DNA from: Anaerolineae bacterium
GTDB lineage: Bacteria > Chloroflexota > Anaerolineae > Anaerolineales > UBA4823
Assembly: GCA_041479245.1 (NCBI GenBank)
Contig: JBGOXS010000003.1
Location: 60,965 to 124,964 of the forward strand
Length of the DNA stretch: 64,000 nt
Direction of reading: 5' to 3'
Shown: piece after piece, positions 30,300 to 39,485 of the stretch
Numbering within the stretch: position 1 is the stretch's first letter
Layout: the number at the start of each line of letters is the position of its first letter
Translations under genes and position numbers: made by a program
The notes under the pieces: generated by a model
What the model was told of the DNA's origin: nothing
Database searches by the model: none
Seen by the model: the letters and a program-made list of their open reading frames with translations, nothing else

Positions 30300-30854
30300 A
30301 TGGTCTCGCCGATACTCAACCGCCTCATCCCAGCCGAGATACTAACCAGCAGCCATTATATATTTGGTCAGATCAAGGTAATCCAGAGTGGGCTGGTGGG
30401 CATGCTGACCGATATGACTGCCTCGTATATCGAGATCAATGACGCCAGCATTGCTCCTATCCATAAACCCTCCAGCGTGGTCAACTATGCTGCCCAGCTC
30501 TATATGGTCCGCTCGGAAATCGCCGCGGTATCTCTAAGCAAGCGCGATTACATGGGTTTACAGGGCGTTATGAAAAGTGGCTATCAGCGTTTGATCCCTT
30601 ACCCGGTTCAGATTTCCACCCGCACGTACGACGTTACCGGGATGATCGAATGGTCGGGGCGTTTCGAATTCTCGGCATTGATCACCGAGGGCACGAGTTA
30701 TTTTATTATCGTCTACGATGCTACCCTCACTGCCCCGCGCTATCCGGAGATCAAGATCGAATCACCGGTGATGTTGTTGAACCGCAGTTTCCTTGAAACG
30801 CTGATCGTCAATAAAAAGTCCCCCACTATCCCTGTCACTGACGAATCAATATAA
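30300..30854 (+). CDS. Hypothetical protein (two similar beta-rich halves)
   Basis: 184-aa ORF with a GGAG RBS, in operon context. Confidence 0.7.
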   Translation: MVSPILNRLIPAEILTSSHYIFGQIKVIQSGLVGMLTDMTASYIEINDASIAPIHKPSSVVNYAAQLYMVRSEIAAVSLSKRDYMGLQGVMKSGYQRLIPYPVQISTRTYDVTGMIEWSGRFEFSALITEGTSYFIIVYDATLTAPRYPEIKIESPVMLLNRSFLETLIVNKKSPTIPVTDESI

Positions 30855-30983
30855 CAGCACAAGCTACCTCTCAGCATCACTCTCTAGGGTAGCGTTTCGA
30901 TTTAACGTATCTTATATACTCCCACTCCCGTCTACTTTTCCCAGGCTGGGGATGGGCGACCAGTTTCGTATCATTGATATCCC

Positions 30984-31517
30984 TCAGGAATGATGGATAA
31001 TAGGTTGAGCAAGCAGTAGTGCCGCCAGGCTTTTACCATCCTGCAGCCCGCCGAAGAGCGCCAAACCATATGCCTGTTCAACCGGCATCGGTATGAGGGT
31101 GATGAACTCATCCGGATCGGCGGGTAACGGGGCGGGATTCAGCTCAGTTGCTAGATAGACGAACATGTATTCGGTGGAATATCCCGGGGCAAGGTAAAAC
31201 TCACCCAGCTTGGTCAAATTTCCTGCGGCATAACCGGTTTCTTCACGGATTTCGCGCAGGGCACAATTCTCGGGAGACTCGCCTTCGTCTAACGTACCAG
31301 CCGGCAGCTCGAGAAGCTCGTTACCGGTCGCATGGCGGTACTGGCTCACAAATAAGATGCGCCCATCAGCATCAATCGGGACGATGGTGACAGCCCCGAC
31401 GTGCTCAATAATGTCCAGATGGGTTGTTTGATTATTGGGGAAGCGTATTTCATCACGGCGCACGTTGAATGCTTGCCCACTGTATATGGTTTCTTGTTTG
31501 ATGGTTTCGACAATCAT
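30984..31517 (-). CDS. NUDIX hydrolase (ADP-ribose pyrophosphatase-like)
   Basis: QYRH, ELPAG…E….CALREIREETG. Confidence 0.92.
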   Translation of the reverse strand: MIVETIKQETIYSGQAFNVRRDEIRFPNNQTTHLDIIEHVGAVTIVPIDADGRILFVSQYRHATGNELLELPAGTLDEGESPENCALREIREETGYAAGNLTKLGEFYLAPGYSTEYMFVYLATELNPAPLPADPDEFITLIPMPVEQAYGLALFGGLQDGKSLAALLLAQPIIHHS

Positions 31518-31527
31518 GATCCTCCTT

Positions 31528-31572
31528 AAAAATTACGAAGGTTTAAACGCTGAAGCCAGTTTAAACCTTCGT
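31528..31572 (-). terminator. 14-bp perfect stem with U-tract directly upstream of the NUDIX RBS
   Basis: ACGAAGGTTTAAAC-N10-GTTTAAACCTTCGT, then AATTTTT on the minus strand. Confidence 0.7.
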
Positions 31573-31589
31573 CAGAGTTTGAGTTGGCC

Positions 31590-32276
31590 TTAGGGAATGA
31601 TCAATACCTCTCCATCGGGCAGACCAGTGTAGGATTGCAGGTTGTTCTGGAGCGCAATCATATCCGGTGAAACGTCTCCGTAACCGCAGGCAATTATGTT
31701 CAGGGTATCCCCCGATAGAATTTTGTAGTAATCTGGATGGGATTTCAGCGCCCGCTCACCTACGAATTGGTTGCCTGTTTGCGGGATTTTTAAGACCTCT
31801 CCTGCATATGTGAGGGAGCTGGTAGTGAGCCCATTGATGGAGAGCAATTCGCTGATATCTACATTGAATCGCCGGGCGATGCAGAACGGATACTCACCCG
31901 ATGCCAGAGTGTACTCGGCAGGTGGACCACCAGGGGTAGCTTGGACGTAAACGATGGGCGCCTGGGTGGGTTCAGGTGATGCGGGCGGGGGAGGGGGTGC
32001 GTTTGTTGCTCCCGGCACGGGACTCGCCGACGGGTTTTGCCCTGGTTGGGTTGCGGAGGATATCACGACCGGGGGTAAAGCTTGGGCAGTTTGTGTGGCA
32101 AACGCGGATACATCGATTCCGCTGCCTGTCGCCTGGCTCCCACCTGGCACCGGGAACCCATCGCTGGTTGACTCTGGACCTTTGGAGGCTGGAAGTTTAC
32201 AGGAAGTCAGTCCAATCGCTAAGATTCCAATCACCAAGAAAATGATGATAGTCCGTACAGAAGATTTGCGGTTCAT
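31590..32276 (-). CDS. Lipoprotein with two LysM domains
   Basis: LTSC lipobox; YTLASGE…IARRF…L.IP and Y.I.SGDTL..IA..YG. Confidence 0.85.
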   Translation of the reverse strand: MNRKSSVRTIIIFLVIGILAIGLTSCKLPASKGPESTSDGFPVPGGSQATGSGIDVSAFATQTAQALPPVVISSATQPGQNPSASPVPGATNAPPPPPASPEPTQAPIVYVQATPGGPPAEYTLASGEYPFCIARRFNVDISELLSINGLTTSSLTYAGEVLKIPQTGNQFVGERALKSHPDYYKILSGDTLNIIACGYGDVSPDMIALQNNLQSYTGLPDGEVLIIP

Positions 32277-32355
32277 AAGATTTCTGTCTCCTTCACTCAG
32301 GCAAAGGACCTGCATGTCATGCCGTGCACTTGTTTACAAAACAACTATGTAAGAG

Positions 32356-32384
32356 ATACTAGCATAATCCGAAACCTGCGTCAA
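32356..32384 (-). promoter_or_regulatory. Sigma70 promoter for the LysM gene
   Basis: TTGACG-17 nt-TAGTAT with extended TG. Confidence 0.7.
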
Positions 32385-32389
32385 GCAAT

Positions 32390-32902
32390 TTACCTGAGCG
32401 GTTTTTTGGATCGCACCATCTCGAAGCAGAAGTCGCAGATGTCTGCGCCTTCCATGATCGTCTGGGATCGGGTGAGCTGAATATCGGGGTTGAAGCCTTG
32501 GATTAAGGCGTAATCCCGGTCACACGACAGCATTTTACCCAGCTCCGGTATGCCCAGGTGAGCGTACATTTCAGCATACCTGCAGCGGAACACATTGAAC
32601 GAGAATTTCTTGCGTGTCTGATCGAGCACTTCGGTTTGGATGGCGTTATCCTTCTTCCAGGTCTCCTGCGCCACCGCAAAGTGTGGCAGGTCATTACTTT
32701 CCATGCTAGCTGCTAGCTGGGCTCCTTGCTGTAGCGCAATTTCCAGGATGACTTTGCTGACGATTTCCCACACTTTTTCGCGGCCGAAATCTGCACTCAA
32801 GGCCTCGATCAATGGGGCAAGCAGGCGCGCTTCAATCTCTCGCCGGTTAAGTAACCCCACGGCGTTCATGTAATCTGGAGGGGGAGATGGGTTATGTTCC
32901 AT
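32390..32902 (-). CDS. L-2-amino-thiazoline-4-carboxylate hydrolase family (V4R-like) protein
   Basis: RREIEA, RCRYAE.Y..LG..ELG..LSC.RD, QTIMEGA..CDF. Confidence 0.85.
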   Translation of the reverse strand: MEHNPSPPPDYMNAVGLLNRREIEARLLAPLIEALSADFGREKVWEIVSKVILEIALQQGAQLAASMESNDLPHFAVAQETWKKDNAIQTEVLDQTRKKFSFNVFRCRYAEMYAHLGIPELGKMLSCDRDYALIQGFNPDIQLTRSQTIMEGADICDFCFEMVRSKKPLR

Positions 32903-32922
32903 GTCTGCTTATCGGTTGCAAG

Positions 32923-33555
32923 TTATATGCCATCGCATCTCCATTCTATTTCACTATCAGCTCGTAATGGTTGAACCGGATTTCCCAAATCCTCTTCCAC
33001 GGGTCGTCCGGAGGTGAAGCTCACTCCCTGAATGAAACCGCGTGCTTGTTCGGTCAGTGGGTAAGCTGCCCTCAGCTCATTCCAAAATGCAGCTGAATGG
33101 TTGGTGTGTTTACGGTGTAATAATTCATGGGCGATGACGTAATCCACCACCCAATCAGGCCATTCCTTGATCTTGTTGCTAATGCGGATTTGTCCATCCG
33201 TAGGTCCCCCTCGGGTGCAGCTGCCTAATCGTGACTGCATATTGCTCACCCAGCAGATGCCATTCCATTGAATTTTGTTGTTAAAGTGTTTCTTATTAAG
33301 CATTTCTGCCCGTTGTTGCAAAGTGGCGTCGTTGCGCTGCCTGTGCATGGTAATGGATTTGTCTAGCTGAGTAGCAACCTGCTCGAGCAGGGCCGCTACT
33401 CTCCGGTTGGGCAGCCGGTAGGGCACGCGTAGCAAGAGGGATCCATCCGGCAGGCGTTCCCAGTGCGAGGTTTTCGTCAAACGTTTGTCGCGCCTGAGAT
33501 TGACCGTCACCTGATCCCCATGACTGTCCCGGATCTGATAACGTTGATAGGTCAT
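32923..33555 (-). CDS. M48/YgjP-like (DUF45) zinc metallohydrolase
   Basis: RLGSCT, DYVIAHELLH, NHS..FW. Confidence 0.85.
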   Translation of the reverse strand: MTYQRYQIRDSHGDQVTVNLRRDKRLTKTSHWERLPDGSLLLRVPYRLPNRRVAALLEQVATQLDKSITMHRQRNDATLQQRAEMLNKKHFNNKIQWNGICWVSNMQSRLGSCTRGGPTDGQIRISNKIKEWPDWVVDYVIAHELLHRKHTNHSAAFWNELRAAYPLTEQARGFIQGVSFTSGRPVEEDLGNPVQPLRADSEIEWRCDGI

Positions 33556-33558
33556 CAA

Positions 33559-36102
33559 TCAGCTGCCTGTCGAGAACCCTGGCAGCTCGAACGTCTGGTC
33601 GTTGAGCTTCACCAGGTAGTACGGCATCCATGCCACCCCAAAGAAATCTAGCAAAATGTCTTTTTTCTGAGCGGATATGGGGATCTCGCTGATCTGGCTG
33701 GCGATCTCCGCCCACTTATCATTCACCGCCTTCACGGCAGCCGCCTTTTCCTGCTCGATTGTGGCAATCTGTTCCTGGTAATCCTTAATCATATTAACGG
33801 ATTCGTCTACATCACCTTTGGCGTGTGAAGCCATGCGTTGCTTTGATATGGAGGAGCTGATTGAGCGTTTACGGGTGAGACCGAACAAGCCGGCCACCGT
33901 CTCTGCTACATTCCCAGCTACTTCTATCCTGCGGCTGGAGAGCTCTGCCTGGTCCTGCTTTAACTCTGCCTGCTCCCGCTCCAGCTTGTCTTGTAATGCC
34001 CGCAGCTTGGTATCATACGTCATAGAAGCTTTCCTGATCTCAGCATCGCATGCCTGCTGGGCGGCTCTGGAACACTGTGCATGAAAATCTCCCTCGGTCG
34101 TATCGGGCCCGGCGTACAGGTCGAGGCTCTCATTGGCGCGCAGCGTCACCTGCGCAGAGCGGTAAGCCCAATCGAGGAAGTCCTTCTGCAGCGCATTCAT
34201 CAATCTAGCATCATTCATAGGGGCGTCAAGGCTGGCATAGCGCGCTTGAGGGTCAGTCGCCTTGTCGAAGCTCGCAGGGTCGATCCTACCGCTAGGGTAA
34301 TTATCCCATCTCACAACCCCACGCTGGTCGGGGTTGGCCACCAGGGCAGTCTTTGAAAGGTCGATATCGAGTTTATATCTCAGATTAACCAGGCGCGCGC
34401 TTGCTTGACCTAGCATTACCGCCCGGTAGATCAAGCCCTGGCTAAGTGCTCCAGCGGGTAAATCACGCCCGGCAGCCTTGAATGCCTGGGTAAAAGTGAG
34501 GTTATTGGGCAGGAAATATTCATCGGTCTCACCTGGGATAGCGGGGCGGGTAGCTGAATAGTCTGAGGCTGTGAGTCCTACATAACCAGCAGTCTGTGCA
34601 GCAGGAGCGGCAGGTTGGGATGGTAGAGTAGCAGACGCCAGACTGCCAACGGCTGCAGCAGCCTGAACTGTGGTAGCTGGGGATGATGCAGTCGGTTCTA
34701 CGGCGCCTGCTAGCTGGTTGAGGTCCGGGATTTGATTACGGGTCAGCGGCCCTGCCAGGTAGTTCATCGCCCAGCGCGTCTGGAACAGAATCGGACCCTT
34801 AGCATTAACATTGTGCAGCAGGAAAACTCGCTTCCCCAGGCTCGAGATCATGCGATCATACCCGGCACGGTCCAGGCTGCCAGACATTGCGCTGTCCAAA
34901 CCATCCAGCAAGCGCTGTTTATCCTGGTCAGTCTGAAGTTTTCCGATCATCCAAGTGCCGGCGTTCGAGAGCGCTTTATAGTCCACATCGACCGGGTTCT
35001 GCGTCACCAGCACCTGCCCAACGCCGAAAGCACGTGCCTGCTTCAGCATGCGCAGCATGGGTTGTTTCGATGGTGGATTCGCCACTGGCGGCAGGTAGCC
35101 GAATATTTCGTCAAAATACATCAGTGCACGCAGGGTGGTGGTACCGGTCTGGGCACGCATCCAGGTTTCCACTGCCGAGTACAGCAGGGTGATGAAGAAC
35201 ATACGCTCTGAATCGCTCAGATGGGCAATGTAGAACACACTGTGGCGCGGCTTACCCTCTGGGGTGAAGAGCAGCGTCGGCACATCCAGCGGCTGCCCCT
35301 CGATCCACACCTGGAATGCCGGTGCTGCCAGGATATTATTCAACAGCATCGCCAGTTCAAAGCGATCTTTTTCGGGGAAGAAGGTGTTGACGTCGAACAC
35401 GCCCAGCTTGGGGAAGGGCGGCGATTGGGTCTGCAGGATCAGCTCACCCAGGTCGAGGTCTTTCCCCTGGCTCCAGGCATTTTCGAAGATGTTGGACAGC
35501 AGGATGTGCTCACGGCTGCGCACAGGGTCGATATTCTGCATGCCCACCAATCCAAGCAGGGCGATCACCGTGCCTGAGATCCTCTCACGCAGTGCTTCTT
35601 TGTTGCTCTCCCATGGGATGGGCGGAGCCTTCAATGACGCCAGGATATTAACCGGGATGCCCGCATCCGATCCGGGAGTGAAAACCGCGAATTGGGCCGA
35701 TTCCGAGAGCTTTGTGAGCCTAGACTGATCGATGCCCCAATCTGCGAGTCCCTGCTTCCATTGCGCGGCCGCTTCGGCGGCTGCCTGGTCCAGGCTTTTT
35801 CCCGCCCGGCGCGCCTGGTCTGGGTTAACCCATGGCTGGAAGTCCTGCGGGAGCAGGTTGGGGAAGTGTAGCAAGGTATTGGTGATATCCCCCTTGGGGT
35901 CGATCATCAAGGCGGGGATATTATTCAGCGCTGCCTCCTCCAATAAGTCAATGCACAAACCGGTCTTGCCCGAGCCGGTCATGCCCACCACCACGGCGTG
36001 AGTGGTCAGGTCTGCTGGTTCGTACTGCACAGGTTGGTCGGTCGTCTTGCCCAATTGGGTATCAAAGATACGTCCAAGGTAAAATTTACCACTTGTTTCC
36101 AT
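33559..36102 (-). CDS. HerA/FtsK-superfamily (DUF87-like) ATPase with a C-terminal coiled coil
   Basis: THAVVVGMTGSGKT, IDPKGD, YFDE, KQARAFG, TQNP. Confidence 0.85.
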   Translation of the reverse strand: METSGKFYLGRIFDTQLGKTTDQPVQYEPADLTTHAVVVGMTGSGKTGLCIDLLEEAALNNIPALMIDPKGDITNTLLHFPNLLPQDFQPWVNPDQARRAGKSLDQAAAEAAAQWKQGLADWGIDQSRLTKLSESAQFAVFTPGSDAGIPVNILASLKAPPIPWESNKEALRERISGTVIALLGLVGMQNIDPVRSREHILLSNIFENAWSQGKDLDLGELILQTQSPPFPKLGVFDVNTFFPEKDRFELAMLLNNILAAPAFQVWIEGQPLDVPTLLFTPEGKPRHSVFYIAHLSDSERMFFITLLYSAVETWMRAQTGTTTLRALMYFDEIFGYLPPVANPPSKQPMLRMLKQARAFGVGQVLVTQNPVDVDYKALSNAGTWMIGKLQTDQDKQRLLDGLDSAMSGSLDRAGYDRMISSLGKRVFLLHNVNAKGPILFQTRWAMNYLAGPLTRNQIPDLNQLAGAVEPTASSPATTVQAAAAVGSLASATLPSQPAAPAAQTAGYVGLTASDYSATRPAIPGETDEYFLPNNLTFTQAFKAAGRDLPAGALSQGLIYRAVMLGQASARLVNLRYKLDIDLSKTALVANPDQRGVVRWDNYPSGRIDPASFDKATDPQARYASLDAPMNDARLMNALQKDFLDWAYRSAQVTLRANESLDLYAGPDTTEGDFHAQCSRAAQQACDAEIRKASMTYDTKLRALQDKLEREQAELKQDQAELSSRRIEVAGNVAETVAGLFGLTRKRSISSSISKQRMASHAKGDVDESVNMIKDYQEQIATIEQEKAAAVKAVNDKWAEIASQISEIPISAQKKDILLDFFGVAWMPYYLVKLNDQTFELPGFSTGS

Positions 36103-36107
36103 TGTTT

Positions 36108-37169
36108 TCACCTTTGCGAAAGCTCATAGATATGTTGAAATTCTGATTGGTAATCTGCAGCGATCTTCGGGTCATGAATGATCAGGGTATTCTCGTCATT
36201 GTACTGCTCAGCATTGTTGCTGAAGTTATACGAGCCAGTGATCACCACCTTCCCGTCGATGATGATCACTTTGTGGTGCATCAGGCGCGGGTTGGCATCC
36301 AGCCACACATCCAACCCGGCAGTGTGCAGTGTTTCGTACTCGGTGCCTGAATTGGAGTGGTACTGGTCTTTATCAAACACCCCGCGCACGGTCACTCCCG
36401 CATTACTGCGTTCGATAAGCGCCTGGGCCAGCTCATCTGATGTGAAGGAGTATGCCAGGAAGTCTACACTCTCCTGGGCTGAATTGACTGCACTCAGGAT
36501 GTGTTCCAGTGTGCCGTCCTGCGGGGAGAAGTAAACTTCGATCGGGCTGCCGTTCACTGTCACAACGGGGTCAGCGGTTTGTGGGGTTTTTTCATTGCTA
36601 AAATGATCATCTACGAACATTAGTTCGAACTCCCGGGTGTATGCCTCCCCCAGCTTGGAAGACTGCAGCCAGATCAGGTTGTTGTTATCCAGATAAGCAC
36701 CACCTGTAGTGAAATTCATCGAGCCTGTCCACACCACACTGCGGTCGATGACCAAGAATTTGTCATGCATCAGGCTTTCATGGCGGTCTCCCAACACCTG
36801 AATACCCGCCTGTTTGAGCTCCTGCACCTCCTGCTCATCCATATTATCGCTCTCGGTGACCACGCGCACGCTGACCCCCCGGCGGTGGGCTGCGATCAGT
36901 GCATCCCTGATCGACCAAAGGTTGAGGTCGTAGATGGCTGTATCCACGCTCACACGCGCCTGGTCGATCGCAGTCGCCAACGCTTCATCCGGTCCACCCC
37001 TGAAGGAAGACGCGTTGGGGGCAGTTGGGTCGGTAAAGTAAACCGCGTACCAATCCTGACCAGCATCTGCAGGTGCACCTGTTGTGGCAGTTGCCAGCTG
37101 GCTCGCAGCAGGTGAGCATGCGGTTGAAATTAAGATGAATAGCAGCATGGGCAGGAAAATTTTTTTCAT
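36108..37169 (-). CDS. Phospholipase D-family lipoprotein (nuclease or lipase)
   Basis: STAC lipobox; two HKD motifs, MHDKFLVID…GSMN and MHHKVIIID…GSYN. Confidence 0.9.
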   Translation of the reverse strand: MKKIFLPMLLFILISTACSPAASQLATATTGAPADAGQDWYAVYFTDPTAPNASSFRGGPDEALATAIDQARVSVDTAIYDLNLWSIRDALIAAHRRGVSVRVVTESDNMDEQEVQELKQAGIQVLGDRHESLMHDKFLVIDRSVVWTGSMNFTTGGAYLDNNNLIWLQSSKLGEAYTREFELMFVDDHFSNEKTPQTADPVVTVNGSPIEVYFSPQDGTLEHILSAVNSAQESVDFLAYSFTSDELAQALIERSNAGVTVRGVFDKDQYHSNSGTEYETLHTAGLDVWLDANPRLMHHKVIIIDGKVVITGSYNFSNNAEQYNDENTLIIHDPKIAADYQSEFQHIYELSQR

Positions 37170-37342
37170 CGAATGGAAAGGCTGACGCGATGGGTGCGGT
37201 TCACTGCATCAAAGGATTATAGCTTAAAAAAACCTCAATCTGTTCGTATCGCGTTTTATCAGAAACAATCGTACCTGCACATACCGGTAAATAAAATTCA
37301 AACTCTGCTCGTGCTGGTCGAGAAAGCGTTCCTGGCTCAAAT

Positions 37343-37374
37343 AAAAAGAGCCGGCCTGCCATAACAGGTCGGCT
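37343..37374 (-). terminator. Intrinsic terminator after the VOC gene
   Basis: AGCCGACCTG-loop-CAGGCCGGCT followed by CTTTTT on the minus strand. Confidence 0.75.
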
Positions 37375-37403
37375 TGAATACGATTTCTACCACTCAGCGA
37401 TCC

Positions 37404-37748
37404 CTACGGCATCTGGATGAGACCCAGCATGTTGCCATCCATGTCCTTGGCAACCGCCACCAGCTTGCCTCCCCCAACATCTCTCACCTCATGCACCACC
37501 TGGGCACCCGCTTCGCGCAGGGATTGCAGACATTGCTTGATATCACTGACTTGATAGTATGTTGTAGCCCCGGTCATCCCCTGCTTGAAACCATTGGGGT
37601 CCAGGCCGATATCCTGGTTGCCTAGCCTATACCCAACGTAGTATGGCTCATCCATCATCGGCTGGACGCCCAACAGTTGGTTGTACAGCTTCTTTGCCTG
37701 GGATATATCCCTGACCGGATAGATAATAGTTGTAAATCCCTCATTCAT
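37404..37748 (-). CDS. VOC/glyoxalase family protein
   Basis: PVRD..AK..Y, DVGGG, KD.DGN.LGL. Confidence 0.9.
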   Translation of the reverse strand: MNEGFTTIIYPVRDISQAKKLYNQLLGVQPMMDEPYYVGYRLGNQDIGLDPNGFKQGMTGATTYYQVSDIKQCLQSLREAGAQVVHEVRDVGGGKLVAVAKDMDGNMLGLIQMP

Positions 37749-37921
37749 TTTACGCTCCTTTTTTTGTTTTTTTCCCCGGAGCAGCGGATCATTAAATACC
37801 TATATTTTTTTATTTCCACCACTATTGGGAAAGCTGGGCCGAGGCTCTCAACGTAACTACAGCCCAGCTCATAACATGATTTTTACTAAATTCATCACCA
37901 GATTGCTATCAAGTGCCCGTT

Positions 37922-38641
37922 TTATGACTGTGCCGTAGTAGCAGCAGAGGTGCTTTTCACGGGCACTGTGGCTGTTGCCTGCAGGAAACCGATGTACATT
38001 AGAATTGCTCCCAGGAATTCACTCAGGAACAGAAAATCTGGCAAACCCATTCCGACAAATGAGCCGCCGATCGCAGGCATTAGAGCCCCGATGGCAATCA
38101 AGATGTTGCCCACCATGCGGTTGAACAGCACTCTCTTGCGCCAGAAAATGTAAGCTGAGTAAATCGCCCCACCCACTAGGGTGATGGTGCCGTATGTATT
38201 GAGCAGAATGGTCAGCAGGACGATCACCCCTGACCGTGTCAGGATGTCCTTGTATTGCGATGACAAAGGCACTCCAGTGCTGTAACCGGCAGCCGCAGGT
38301 GTAATCGGGGCGAACAGCACCAATACAACCGCCAACAGGCTGACAACGGTCAGGATGATATTCAGCGTGGTTGCGATCCCACGGCGGCGAACCAGGAGAT
38401 TGATCGTCCCCTGTCCAAGCCACGCTGCGGTCAGCATGGCACCACAAAGGTACCATAGTTTGAGGGCAATGGAGCTGTATGTGAATAACAGGACGACCTC
38501 GGTTAATGCGCCGATCCCATACAGCACCAACCCGATGCTCCATAACAATAAGTGAGCCCCATGCCGGTCGCGGAAGCGGCTAAACACGGCTGCTGCAAAC
38601 ACGAAAGTAATGATCGTTGTCAAAATTGGCAGGTAATGCAT
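37922..38641 (-). CDS. Multi-pass (~7 TM) membrane protein, stand-alone sensor-like
   Basis: Hydrophobic helices throughout; follows the HTH gene. Confidence 0.75.
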   Translation of the reverse strand: MHYLPILTTIITFVFAAAVFSRFRDRHGAHLLLWSIGLVLYGIGALTEVVLLFTYSSIALKLWYLCGAMLTAAWLGQGTINLLVRRRGIATTLNIILTVVSLLAVVLVLFAPITPAAAGYSTGVPLSSQYKDILTRSGVIVLLTILLNTYGTITLVGGAIYSAYIFWRKRVLFNRMVGNILIAIGALMPAIGGSFVGMGLPDFLFLSEFLGAILMYIGFLQATATVPVKSTSAATTAQS

Positions 38642-38684
38642 TTTTCACTCCATAAATTGAATTGGGTTTTTGAGGATTATGGCT

Positions 38685-39305
38685 CTAACGCCCGCCATGC
38701 TGGAGTGATTCATATGTATCCAGCAAGGTAATAATGATCAAATCTGAGAACGAGTTCATCTTACGGAATAAGTCTGACCAGATCTGGGGGGAACGCACAT
38801 CTGCATTTTCGTACGCCGCCAGGATCGCATCCATCACTGAGGTTCGGAAGAATTGAAAGGCATGCGCCGCCTCCACGCTGGTCAATCCCACCCGTTGGCC
38901 GCGCGAAGAATATTCATATCCCAATGACTTCGCTTCAGCCTCTAGGCCTTCATCGCTGGAGGTTAGATGTCCGATCAACCCTTGCACCAGCGATCGTCCG
39001 CTCAAACGGTATTGCTCCCGGGCTTCATTATCCATCTTGCGATACCAGTTCTCTTCCTCCAGGTTGCTCTCGCTTATCTGCACGCGCGTATTCCTCAATA
39101 CATTGGCATATACGGATGGTGCTTCTGGGGCAGCGCTCTCCCATCTGGTGTGCATGCGAATCTCAACATCCGAGCGCCTGAATCGTCGGTGCCCTCCTTG
39201 GGTGCGCTGGGAAGGTAGGAATCCATGATCCGCCCAGGCCCTGACGGTGCTTGGGTGAACCCCCAATTGGTGTGCAGCCTCACTTAAACTAAGCCATTCG
39301 TCCAT
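38685..39305 (-). CDS. MerR/excisionase-type HTH regulator with a helical C-terminal domain
   Basis: LSLSEAA..LGVHPSTVR.WAD.G…RT.GGHRRF. Confidence 0.85.
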   Translation of the reverse strand: MDEWLSLSEAAHQLGVHPSTVRAWADHGFLPSQRTQGGHRRFRRSDVEIRMHTRWESAAPEAPSVYANVLRNTRVQISESNLEEENWYRKMDNEAREQYRLSGRSLVQGLIGHLTSSDEGLEAEAKSLGYEYSSRGQRVGLTSVEAAHAFQFFRTSVMDAILAAYENADVRSPQIWSDLFRKMNSFSDLIIITLLDTYESLQHGGR

Positions 39306-39416
39306 TACTCAACCAGGGTCCGAATTTTGGATAAGAATTCCCAACTTTATCAGGTTCTAATTATTTCTACAATGTAGATTTCCTTAGAATTTGTATAAAG
39401 GATTCTTAGGAAGGAT

Positions 39417-39449
39417 AAAAAAACGGCTGCGGTGATTTGACCGCAGCCG
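39417..39449 (-). terminator. Intrinsic terminator
   Basis: CGGCTGCGGT-N6-ACCGCAGCCG with a minus-strand U-tract. Confidence 0.8.
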
Positions 39450-39485
39450 GAATTTCTTAACCTAGATGACGCCTATTCGAGTGGT

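Noticed and set aside
33559-36102. HerA-NurA pair or conjugative VirB4/VirD4 system
   Set aside because: No NurA, relaxase, T4SS or integrase genes nearby
37831-37870. Inverted repeat AGCTGGGC…GCCCAGCT as a riboswitch
   Set aside because: A single stem with no recognisable aptamer; probably a terminator or stabiliser
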